Source: Takakia lepidozioides (taxonomy: Eukaryota > Plantae > Bryophyta). From it: 64,000 bases of DNA. Every line of letters begins with the position of its first letter. The first letter of the stretch is position 1. This document shows positions 52,701 to 64,000 of the stretch, piece after piece. The position numbers and the translations under genes are program-made. The notes beneath the pieces are model-generated. The model did no database searches and had not been told where the DNA came from. It saw nothing but the letters and a program-made list of their open reading frames with translations. The stretch covers positions 9,982,001-10,046,000 of the forward strand of contig CM060734.1 of assembly GCA_030704615.1 (NCBI GenBank). Reading direction: 5' to 3'.

Positions 52701-54451
52701 ATCATCCCATATCCCTGCCCGCCAACCCATCACCCTCTTGTCCCACCCACCTCACTAGCGCCACTGGGCCCCAGAAATTAGAAGCCGAGCGCGCAACACG
52801 GTCCTTCGCAACATACGGGAATCTCTCACAACTGCATTTGGTGGATTGAGAGGCGGCCAAAATTTGCATCCGCAACAAAACAACTTCAAGCCCTACGCAC
52901 TCCTAACCCCACCACAGATTGCCACAATTCTACCCACTCAAAAGCTCCCCCACCCATACCCCTAAACGGTGTCACCCATCCCTCACACTCCCCTATACAT
53001 CTGCTAGGCACTGCACTCAATACCACAACCCGTACCCACCCAAGCTCTTTAATCCCTCTGTGCCACCTTCATACCTTGCCTCCTAATAACCACATGACGC
53101 ACAACTATTTTCCGTCACACGACCCCTATCCGCATGCACCCACGACCAACTCCACTGTTCCTCACCATACTGTCTTTTGTTATATATCTCAATGTCACTA
53201 TCACCATTCCCACCCCTCAAGTATATACATATACCGACCTCTCAACACCTACCTTATCACTCATTGCTCGCATGGTAGATATCACCAGAAACCTCTAGCA
53301 TCCAAACATTCAATTCACCACCCCCCCTCCCCTGTTTACTCCTTTAAACTTGCATGCGGGACACTTTCCCTTCTACAGTGTGGTGACGTCCACCCAAACC
53401 CAAGCCCCGCTACCATCACCAACATGATCAACATACTCCCCATATACCATCAAGACAGATATGAACTATACTTCCAGAAAGACACTATCTCACTCGTACC
53501 AGCATATCAACATCTCAGTGACCACTTCTCCCCTTTCTTGCCTCACCCCTCCACCAACATCCATAAACCCGCACACCCAAATCGCCACCTTTGGGCTCCC
53601 AGCCTGTCATAACCCTTCCCTAGTTAATGCCACCCAGAAACTTTGCATATACCCTCTACAACACCTCATCTTTTCACTAATCATAGTCATCTCCCCAATA
53701 CCCTCAATATGTGACGACTATTTAGAAGCCAACCGGACGTGCAGACATATGCTCACTACTGCAACAAATTCATAACCTACCTCCATTACCTCACAAATAC
53801 CTAGCACCCCCCCACTATCTGCACAACCTACACGAATCTCTCAACCTGATGCAAGCCAAGCCAGGGGAAGTCCATAAAAAACTAGGTGAACACGGCTCAC
53901 CCAACTGAAGCCACACACGAGTCCAACAACATTACCAACTCATTTCTCTCCGAACAAATTCTCACTGCCACCCTCCAGGCCAAGTCAGGCATACCCGGAT
54001 ATCAACCCCCACCCATGACAACACCACCTACCCTCTCAACCTGCCCACATAACCTCGCTAGTACAGTTCCCCCAGAACCTACTATATCCTCCAGCCCTGC
54101 ACACACCCATCCATCATAGAATGCACACTCACTCAACATAATAACTTGGAATGTAGGGTCATTTGACACAAGCATTCAAAGCCTAATCCATCTAACAGAC
54201 CACACACCCCCGCACATCCTCCTACTACAAGAAACCAAGCTTAACACACACAACCCAACCTCAGCACTATATCCTAGCCGGTGACTTCAACAGAGACATT
54301 GCCCTCATGGATCACACATACAATGGTACACATAATACCCCATCCTTAGCAAACCATGAATGGGCACAATTCACCCGAACACATCACCTCTGGTACATAC
54401 CCGCCGACCACCACTACTATAGGCAAGGGGGACTCAACTACTCCTCCTTAA
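46790..54451 (+). mobile_element. Degenerate LINE 5' portion (5' UTR, ORF1 remnants ~48300-50360, start of APE endonuclease ORF2), interrupted by two DNA elements
   Basis: APE motifs LNIITWNVG, ILLLQETK and ILAGDFN at about 54130-54295; GDVHPNPSP upstream; A/C-rich strand. Boundaries approximate. Confidence 0.7.
51075..52306. mobile_element. Non-autonomous IS3EU-like TIR element, 1232 bp
   Basis: TAGGGAATTCCAAAAAGGCC...GGCCTTTTTGGAATTCCCTA; TIRs of 300 bp or more; 6-bp TSD AGCGCC at 51069-51074 and 52307-52312. Confidence 0.93.
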
Positions 54452-55405
54452 GGGGGCTGCTATTTCATGAGCGGCATGAGCATGAGCAGAAAAAAAAAAA
54501 GCATGAGCGGACAATTGTGTGTCCACGGAAATAGGGTTAGGAAGCACAGAAATAGGGTCATTCGAAGCTGGAATGTGGCACCACTGGACTCGTCATAGCA
54601 ATGAAATGTAACATTTTATTGCAAATTTTGTGGCAAGCCACATCTATACAAGTGTGTCCTAACTGTCATAGCCGGAATGGGCACTACTCTCCTACACCCT
54701 CCGAGGAACTTGCCCCACCTTCCTCCTCATCCCCCTCATCCCCCCCATCCTCCGAGCTCTGAGATGCATCAGTTCCACTATGCCTCTCAAAAATACCGTC
54801 CTCTCCTTGGGGGACTGTCCACCTCACCTCCTGGGAATCTTCTGCCTCTTCTTCCCCACTTTCCTCAGCAGAATCCAAGACAAATCTACGAGCCTGACGG
54901 GCTCTAATAGCTGTTGCCTCCCTCATCCTTCATTTTCTTGAGGCTTGCCTCGTCTAAAATTTGTTGTACACGACTAGGTTCGGAAACCTCCTAATGGACA
55001 CCGAAGCAAGCCGGGCAGCATAAGTAGGAAGGATGTAGTCCCTTTCTGGACTCGGCATGAAATCCCCCCTGGCAAAAAAATGCACATTCCTCCTGCCCAT
55101 GAACTGCGGTGTAGACGTCCCTCTTGCAGTACTTGGCATCCTACAGTAAGAACAAATCCACTTCAAGAATGTCAATACCAGCAGAAGCAGAAAGGGTCTT
55201 TCAATGAAATAAGAGAGCGAAGGGAGGTGCCTCACGAAATTAGGAAGCAACTTACAATGCGACCACTCACTCGTAAACCGGGGGCTCCTCGGCCTCGATC
55301 CCAACTTGTACCTCTCCCTGCTCTTTCTCGGATTCTTCCTCATCCTCCGAGGATGCCTCTTCCTCTTTCGGTAGACGTTCAGCCGCTGCAAGTTTGGAGT
55401 TGTGG

Positions 55406-56133
55406 TGTCGCACACCTCAGTTCGGTAAACTCCCCTTCAAGTCATAGTTACTCGCTTTGATGCGCGCGCCTGACTCCCAACCTGGCGCCGGGGGCCAACT
55501 TGGAGTTTCGGCTGCTCACCGGGACATAACGGTCCCCTTCCGCTTCCCTCTAAAACCCTCCACCTATTTGGGACTAGGAGAATTCCCTTTGGTAGATGGC
55601 AGTCCGGAACAACTCCCCACTCTTTGGTCGCTTTCCGGCTCGCTCGCTTACTCACTAGTTTTTGGTCACCAACGGGCTTGCACCGTTCTCGGGGTTACTA
55701 CTCCCTATATATACTTCTGTAGCTGTCCGCGGGGGTTTCATAACCAGCCATGCCATTTTATGGCGAACCACCACGAAAACCCTCGACTCCGGTGGTGAGT
55801 CGCGGTGTGAGTCTTGGCCCACTCACCGCGGCCCCAATGGACCGTGATGAGTCCCAAGACTCCCCACGACTCCCACCTCGAGGTCTCCACCCCATGGTGA
55901 GTCCTATGCCACCCCCACTAAGTCCCACTAAGCTACCACCACCCCTTGTGGAGCCACCTCCACCGCAACCCGGTGTGCGGGGCTCCACCTAGTGAGCGCC
56001 TCCGCCTCCTTGAGTGCCTTGGGCACTCAAGGGTGCTTCAGCCCCCCATACCTATCGCTGGCCGCTGCCCCCACCACAGGGGCAGCCCCTCATGTGTCCC
56101 GACCCCCTGCCCTCAAGGCAAAGGGCCGCGACA
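55406..56133 (-). repeat. 3' LTR (728 bp), with PPT GGTAGGGG just inside
   Basis: Near-identical to 61536-62256. Confidence 0.95.
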
Positions 56134-59100
56134 CACACCCCTACCAACAGGGAGTCGATGTCCTCATCGACTTGTCCATTTTGTAGAAACGAACATCCAA
56201 GTTGTGGCGTCCCACATCAAGGAGTTTGTTTCCGTACCATGGCGTCCCATGGCAAAGAACCAAACCCCACACTTGACTCCACTCTCCACTAGCTAGTTCG
56301 GCCGACTTCCTCCAAGTCCCGGCCAAGGGTGGAGCCTCTCCAGCTCCTCCCAGTGCACTCTTCTTGGCCTACTTCAAGGCCAAGGAACGATCCTCCCCGA
56401 GGATCGAATCGCCTTACTGCAACAACATTGCTTGCGATCGCTCATGATGCCGCTTTTGGCATCACCTTGAGCAAGGGTTCACCTGGAACCCTCTTTGACT
56501 AGGAAGATAACCTTGAACCAACCGTGCGCCCCAATCACTACAATTGGGTCCGCCTTGGAATGCTGGCCTGAGGTACGGGAACACGCCGAAGCCGCACTAC
56601 GACTTCGTCCCGAGGCTACACGATTATAGTACGTGAACGGAAGCACGTAGCTTCCGCGTTAGCCCGCACTACAAGGCAACCCCTCGGTAGCGCAGTTATA
56701 GTACGCGCACGCGCCAGGTGCGCACTAGCACTTGAACTCCCAAATAAGGCGCAAGTTTCCTTGCCCCTTGGATGGGAGTCACCCGATTTCGGCACTGCGC
56801 AAACACACGATTAACCCAATTTACCTCTCCCACTTTTGTAAGCTAGCATGCATTCTACACACCAGCCAACCACACCATGCATCACCATTCCAAACACAAT
56901 AGGACGCACAATATTTGGAACCCATTTCCTTTATCAACAAATTTTTGTACAATACAAGTTTTTGCAATCGGATTCCTGAGCTAGCTAAACCGGGCTAAGC
57001 ATGCATTTCTTCCCCCACGCTCCAAGGTTGATGTCCCCATCAACGCTTCTTCCGCTTTTGAGGTCGCCCTTCGAACGCTGCAACTGCCTCGGATGCGTTT
57101 CCCATTTCTGAGGCACGCACCCAAGATGCCTCCACACAGATGATAGCCCTTCCATTTGACGAGATACTCCGTTTCTCGGTTCTTGAACCTCCTCGACTTA
57201 AGTATTGCCTCCACCTCGTACTCGGGTTCATTTTCATGATCCAACAGCATAGGTGGCGGACGCAACACTTGCTGCCGATTCGGACGTGCTTCATCTTTGA
57301 AGTAAGGCTTCAAAAGGGAGACATGGAATACTGGGTGCAACTTGCTGTTTGCTGGCAGCTCCAATTCATACACATCCTCATTCATAACCCTCCGAATGCG
57401 AAAGGGACCCGCATACGGAGGTACGAACTTCGGGCTCATTTCCGGAGGTAGTCGAAAATTCTTGATGTTCAACCAGACCTCTGTGTCTGCCTCAAACTTC
57501 ACTTCCCTCCGCTTCCGATTCGCCTGCCTTTCATACCGTTTCCTAGCTTTGGCAATGTTGTACTTTGCGAGCTTTCACAAACGCTCGCGTTCTTCCAGTA
57601 CCGCCGCTACTGCCGGTTCCTCAACGTCCTGGGCGGCCCAACTTGTCGGCACCAGAGGTGCTTTTCCATAGACCAACACAAAGGGGAAACTCCCGTCGCG
57701 GAGTGTTCTGTGTTATTATAACAGAACTCTGCCGCGTCTAAGTGTTCCATCCAGTCTGATTGGTCTGCCGACACGTCCGCAAGAATTGCTTTCTACGGAA
57801 TTCACTCTTTGGTGCCGTCTGTCGTAGGTCGGAAGGCGGTGCTCATCTTCAGCCTCGTCCCCATCTTCTTCCAAAGTGCTCTCCAGAATTTACTCGTAAA
57901 CTTTGGGTCGCGGTCCGAGACAATATCCTTCGGGACTCCATGATGCTTTAAGACGTGGGCGAAGTAAAGTCGCCCTGTCTCCTGCGCAGTTGCCGTCTCC
58001 TTGGTGGGGATGAAATGGGCCATTTTACTGAACCTATCTACCCACACCATGATTGCATCGAATCTTTGACAGCGGCATAGCAGTCATGAAATCCATCGAG
58101 ACGCTTTCCCAAGTCCCCTCTGGAATCGGCAAGGGTTGTAACAGCCCCTGCTTTTTTTTTACTCGCTCCGGTTTTGTTGGCATGTGGTGCATGTCTTACA
58201 TACTCCTCTGCCTCCTCCCTCAGTTTGGGCCAGAAATACTCTTTCTTCAAGAGTGCCGCAGTGCGCTTGGCTCCACCGTGGCCCGCAAGCGGGCTATCAT
58301 GGCATTCTCTCAAGAGACTATCCCTGATCCCTCCCTTTGGCACATAGAGACGTTTTTTGCTTATACCGGAGCAGTCCGTTTTGCAAGTGGAACTGCGATT
58401 TAACCCCCATTCTCAAGTTCTGCATCACGCACTTTGCCAGCTCATCCTTCCGGCAAGCCTTCCGGATCTTCCTTTGGAGCGCCGTCTCGCCCTTGTACAC
58501 CAACAAGAGCTGCTGCTTTCTACTTAAAGCATCGGCCCCACATTGTCCCGTCCCGGTTTGTACTGGATATCCACGTCGAACACTGCCAAAGTATCTGTTG
58601 CCACCTAAGTTGTTTTGGGGACAACTTGGGCTGCGTGGCAAAATACTTCACCGTGACATTGTCCGTGAACACCTTCACTGGGTTGGAACCAACATAGTGG
58701 CGCCAGAGTTCAAGGCAATGTACCACCGCCTTCATCTCTTTTTCGTGCGTCGGCCACCGTCGCTCCACTTCATTCAGTTTCTTACTTTCGTAAGCCACTG
58801 GACGTCCATCTTGCATAAGTACACCCCCAATTGCGAAGTCCGATGCATCTGTATGAATCTCAAACGGACGATCGAACTCCGGGATTTTTAAGACTGGAGC
58901 TTCCGTCATCCGCTGCTTCAATTCAGCAAAAGCTTGGCCACAAAATGTGTTCCATACCCAGACTTTGGATTTACACAGAAGGTCCGACAGCGGCCCCGCG
59001 ATCTTGGCGAAATTTCTCACATACTTCCGGTAATAGGAGGCGAGTCCTAGGAAGGATCGCACTCCCGGGACCGAAGTCGGAGGCTCCCAGTCCAAGATCG

Positions 59101-61520
59101 CCCTCACCTTTCTGTCATCCATTTTGATCCCATCCTGTGTAATCACGTGCCCCAAGAACTCCACTTTTGTGACCCCGATTCGCACTTTGAAGCTTTGGCA
59201 TACAGCTTCCCTTCTCGCAATTTTTTGGAACACCCTTTTGAGGTGCTCCAGGTGCTCCTCCTTTGTTTTCGAGTACACCAAGATGTCGTCGATGTACACG
59301 ATCACAAAGTCATCCAACCACTCCTGGAAAAGGCTGTTCATCAGCGTGCTAAATGTCGCTGGTGCATTGGTGAGCCCAAAAGGCATCACCAAGAACTCAT
59401 ATGAACCATACCTTGTCCTGCACGCGGTCTTCTCCTCATCTCCTTCCGCCACCCGAATTTGGTGATAGCCGGAGCGCAAGTCGATCCGGCTGAAATACTT
59501 CGCTCCTGCCAACCGATCGAAGAGGTCGTCGATCCTTGGCAAAGGGTACCGGTTTTTGATAGTCACCTTATTCAGAGCCCTGTAATCGACACACATCCGC
59601 AGCGTCCCATCCTTCTTGTCTGCAAATAGCACCGGGGCTCCGTAAGGTGACTTACTCGGCCGGATGTACCCCTTTGACATTAGATCTTTGAGCTGAGTCT
59701 TCAGCTCGACCAACTCTTTGTGGCTCAACCGGTAGGGGCCTTGGCAGGCGGTTCCGATCCCGGTATCACCTCACCTCAATTTTGTGGTCAACTCCTCTTC
59801 GCGGTGGCAAGCCGCTTGGTAAATCCTCCGGCATCACATCCTGGTATTTCTCCAAAATCCCCTTGATCCAATCTGGGCTCGGCTCCCCATCGCCTTCTCC
59901 TTTCACTTCTCTAATGTAAAGCAAAAACTGGGACTCGTGTGTCTCCTCCACGGCCCACTCCTTTGCTGATAGAAGGTTTATTCGCCCTCCCACGGATTTG
60001 GGCGTTTCCGACACTCGTAAAACCTCGCCACCATTCCCACATGGCAGCGTGACTACTCTCTTGCGGCCATCTATGACCGCTCCGGATTTGCTCAAAAAGG
60101 TCATTCCCAAAATGAGATCCACTCCATCGATCTCGCAGATAGTGAAGTTCTCACGTCCCTCCCAACTCCCCAGTTGAAGAGGAACATCAAACGCCAACCT
60201 TGTCGCCAACTGAGGTTCTCCTTTGGCAGAGCGCACCTCAATAGAGGCCCCCACGTCACTTGTCGGGAGTCCCAACTTTGCGCCGCCGGTCATGAAGGAG
60301 TGCGACGCTCCTGTGTCCACCAACAACGACACATTAGTTCCGGATATATCCCATCCACGAACAATAACTGACTCCCTTTTCGTAAGGCGCCAGTTTCCTG
60401 ATACACTCACAAGAAAATTTGCCTACCTTGCAAGTCCTGGCGACCACCGCTTCCACCAAGCGACTGATGGTATCTTCCGACAGCTCCGTGGTCGCCCGAG
60501 TCATGTTCAATTGCCGGGGCTTCGTGCACTTCTTGGCCATGTGCCCGGGCTCCCCGCAATTGAAACACACTCCATCAAAGGTCGCCTTCTGTCCGCCATA
60601 AGTCGCTCCACCCGCTTTTCCTTTCGAAGCACCGGGTGCCGCCCTTGACGTGTGAAGGACCTCCCTTCGATTTCCACGTGCCATTTTCGCCGCGTGGCCT
60701 ATCCCACTTCTTTTCCGGTCGGAGGAGTCACCTTCCCGCCGGGTCTTCTTGTGGTTCAGCTCCGTACGGCCTTGTCTCTCACCCCTAGGGACATCCGAGA
60801 AACATTCAGCTCTCTCAATTGCCTCGTTCAAAGTCTTGGGTGGCTTCTCCTCCAACTTCCGCCTAGCCCATGGGGCCAGTCCCGCCACAAAGTTGAAGAC
60901 CATTTCTGGTTCTGCCATGTCCGCGACTTCGAGCAACAGCACATTGAAAGCCTGGACATACCCCCGAATGTCATCTGTTTGCTTCAAATTCCTCATCTTG
61001 TCCCGGGCAAGCCAGGACGCGTTGAGGGGCACAAACTGTCTCTTCATCAATTCCTTGAACTCACTCCAGTTCAAGGTTTCCGGGCTTGGGCCTCGGTCGT
61101 GAAGGCGTTTCTGCCACCATTGTTGAGCATAGCCCTCAAATAGGTGGGAGCCACTTCCACCCGATCCTCGTCACTCAACTTGGCCGCCCGGAAGTACTGC
61201 TCTAGCTCCAGGAGCCAGGTGTTGAGTGCCTTCCGGTTTCGAACGCCCTCGAAGGTGCCGGGTTCCTTAGGCTTCACCTTAAACTTTGCCTTGGTGGAAG
61301 TGGCATTAGCCGCCTTCAACACGTCTTTCAACGTCCCGCCAAACTGCGCCAACAACCCTTCCCAAAAGGCTGCCGGCATGGGAGGCATCTCTTGGTTTGT
61401 CGGAGCTCTCAAGATTCCTCGGCTCCGACTCCTCGGATTCCTCCCGCTCCTGAGCGGCCTCGTTCGGCTTGCCGACCATGATGAGGCCAATCCCAAGGAC
61501 GATCGCGTACTGAAACTCTA

Positions 61521-61533
61521 GGCTCTGATACCA
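61521..61533 (-). promoter_or_regulatory. Primer binding site for initiator tRNA-Met
   Basis: TGGTATCAGAGCC on the minus strand, 2 nt from the 5' LTR. Confidence 0.95.
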
Positions 61534-61535
61534 AG

Positions 61536-62256
61536 TGTCGCACACTCAGTTCGGTAAACTCCCCTTCAAGTCATAGTTACTCGCTTTGATGCGCGCGCCT
61601 GACTCCCAACCTGGCCGCCGGGCCAACTTGGAGTTTCGGCTGCTCACCGGGACATAACGGTCCCCTTCCGCTTCCCTCTAAACCCTCCACCTATTTGGGA
61701 CTAGGAGAATTCCCTTTGGTAGATGGCAGTCCGGAACAGCTCCCCACTCTTTGGTCGCTTTCCGGCTCGCTCGCTTACTCACTAGTTTTTGGTCACCAAC
61801 GGGCTTGCACCGTTCTCGGGGTACTCCCTATATATATACTTCTGTAGCTGTCCGCGGGGGTTTCATAACCAGCCATGCCATTTTATGGCGAACCACCACG
61901 AAAACCCTCGACTCCCGGTGGTGAGTCGCGGTGAGTCTTGGCCCACTCACCGCGGCCCCAATGGACCGTGATGAGTCCCAAGACTCCCCACGACTCCCAC
62001 CTCGAGGTCTCCACCCCATGGTGAGTCCTATGCCACCCCCACTAAGTCCCACTAAGCTACCACCACCCCTTGTGGAGCCACCTCCACCGCAACCCGGTGT
62101 GCGGGGCTCCACCTAGTGAGCGCCTCCGCCTCCTTGAGTGCCTTGGGCACTCAAGGGTGCTTCAGCCCCCCATACCTATCGCTGTGCCCCCCCCCCCACC
62201 AGGGGCAGCCCCTCATGTGTCCCGACCCCCTGCCCTCAAGGCAAAGGGCCGCGACA
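61536..62256 (-). repeat. 5' LTR (721 bp)
   Basis: TG..CA ends, adjacent PBS, near-identical to the 3' LTR. Confidence 0.95.
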
Positions 62257-64000
62257 TGTGGAGGGCAATATCTGGCTCGAAGGCGAAGACATGCCTGTCG
62301 GACAACGTCCCAGCCCACATTGAAGCACCCGAGGGACAAAGCGGGCGGTTAGTAGCATGTGGCATGTAATTGCAATCGGGCTAGGGGACATACTGTGCAT
62401 GTGAAGGCTTACCCGTGCCGCATGTGAGGTTAAGAATCTGCCCTTGGACATCGGAGCACGTCTCCATGAGGGTTTGGATGAAAGCAGGGCTCCGGGTCCG
62501 GCTATACCGCCACAGTTTGCCTATCTTTGTGTCCTTCGGCATACTAGAGTGGGGCACATAGTTGTAGGACATCGTAGGTAACAGGGTCCACAACGGCATC
62601 AACAAGACGACCGTCGTTGCGGAATTTGAATGTAGACCCTCTCTTCACAAAACAATATGCCTCAAACACTAATGTCTGCACATCCAACAAAAGAGGGATC
62701 AACTCCAAGGTTTTTTGAGGAGGACCGGGGTAGCACTTTTCGGTGTCCACCTTGCCACAACATTCTCTGTGGTCTTCCCTCTTGTGGCAAGGACCACCAT
62801 ACATCCACCGTCATCCAAGAGCATCCCTGCCAGCCCAAACCCGGCTCTCCAGTAGTCCTCAGTAAACTTGTTCTAGGTGGGCATACCATCCAGGCCCTCC
62901 AGCAGCTCCCCATCTGAAATATAGAGGAGAATCATATCGCAGGCTCTCTCCACCTCAACAACACCCCCCCCCCCCCGAGTGCTCTTACAATCCGTGCTCA
63001 CAGCTATGGAGAATTCCATCATGGCTTCCAAACCAGGGGTGTCTTTAGGCTGATCTGTAGCGGCAGCCCTCTTCTTGGCTTTCCCCTTCAGCTCCTCCAA
63101 AGACTTGCTGTGTGCCACCTTCTTCGCCCTGGCAACCAGAGCGTCAAGGAAGCTCTCATTGACGCATTGGATGATTGTTGGGGGTTCTAGCTTTGGCCTG
63201 TGGGGAAACGTCACCGCCGAATACCGCCGTGTAGGCTCGCCCTCAAATGCCAACTTCTTGGTAGAGCCAGTCCCACTCCAAACTGACTTGGGAACCCGGA
63301 CAACCGGTGACTTGGTAGCAGCAGCAGCAGTCGCAGGACCTTGCACAAAGTCATCGTCGGAGTCACTCCCTTCGGGCCCCTCCTGCGCCTCCTCTCGTGC
63401 CCCAGTGGTTTTCTGTTTTTTGGGGGTTACTGCAGTCCCCTGTTTCCATGTCCTTTTCTTCTGTCCTTTATTCTTCTCATTCAACTTCTCCTGAATACCT
63501 GCCTGAGCAAGCTGCGCCGCTTTCCTGGACTTAGAAAGCGCTTTCGCCTCCTTTGGACCCAGTGGAGGCAGCGGAGCCTGGTTTCGTCGGGCCTCAGCAT
63601 CCAGCTTCAATTGAAACTTGGAGGCGTCGAGCCCTCCAGGCGGAAGGTCCACATACCAAGGGCAGTCGTGCAAATGCTCCAGATGCCACTCCTTCACGAT
63701 AACGTCAGTGTACATGGAATCAGCTCCAGGGTTCCTCCATGCGAGGAAGAATGGCGGCTTGAAGGAAAGATGACCTTTCTCCAACAGGGAGAATTTGCAG
63801 TACCTGTATTCAAGAAACCCACAGAGAATCAGGTCCCGGGAATGAGGTTAATGTTTCGTCAAGAAATTGCAAAAATGGCGCTGAATTTCTATGCGGGGTG
63901 GGCCCGATGGTCCTGGCTCCCCGGGGTGCCGTGCAATGAAAGTGGTAATTCGGCGCCATTTTTCCCGAGGGTGAGGGAGCCCATTCTGGGACTTAGCCGT

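Larger units (their letters stand above)
55406..62256 (-). mobile_element. Full-length chromovirus (Ty3/Gypsy), 6.85 kb: gag-ZnK-PR-RT-RH-INT-chromodomain
   Basis: TSD TGTGG at 55401-55405 and 62257-62261; TG..CA LTRs; CFNCGEPGHMAKKC, DTGA, YIDD, chromodomain YEVEAIL..YLVKWKGY. Confidence 0.97.
54684..63803 (-). pseudogene. Spliced gene for a beta-class N4C/N6A DNA amino-methyltransferase-like protein, split by the LTR element; 5' exons beyond the window
   Basis: DMILLYISDG..MPT*NKF..AGMLLDDGGCMVVL, then RSPAFIQTLMETCSDVQGQILNLTCGTG, intron, ASMWAGTLSDRHVFAFEPD; frame continues across the TSD. Confidence 0.7.
54452..64000 (-). mobile_element. Putative TTAA-inserted DNA transposon carrying the methyltransferase-like gene; other end beyond the window
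   Basis: LINE ORF2 stops abruptly at TTAA (54448-54451); then GGGGGCTGCTATTTCATGAGC with subterminal CATGAGC x4 and GAAATAGGGT x2. Confidence 0.5.

Overview
TE-saturated eukaryotic nuclear DNA from a land plant; a bryophyte-like lineage is my inference from gene and TE style. I found no intact host gene. Host-derived sequence: an intron-containing TypA/BipA (SVR3-like) pseudogene, a 3' CYP710 fragment and a tandemly amplified RPL27 exon-intron fragment. The rest is nested transposons: four copies of one chromodomain Ty3/Gypsy family (one full-length with a TGTGG TSD, one with an internal 2.1 kb inversion), non-chromovirus Gypsy relics, two LINE relics, CACTA fragments, and an intron-containing IS3EU-like transposase plus a matching non-autonomous TIR element with a 6-bp TSD. 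The best discovery candidate appears only after removing the full-length LTR element: a spliced minus-strand gene (63803 to 54684) encoding a beta-class N4C/N6A DNA amino-methyltransferase-like domain, inside a putative DNA transposon that ends at a TTAA site. All family assignments come from motif recognition by eye; no searches were run.
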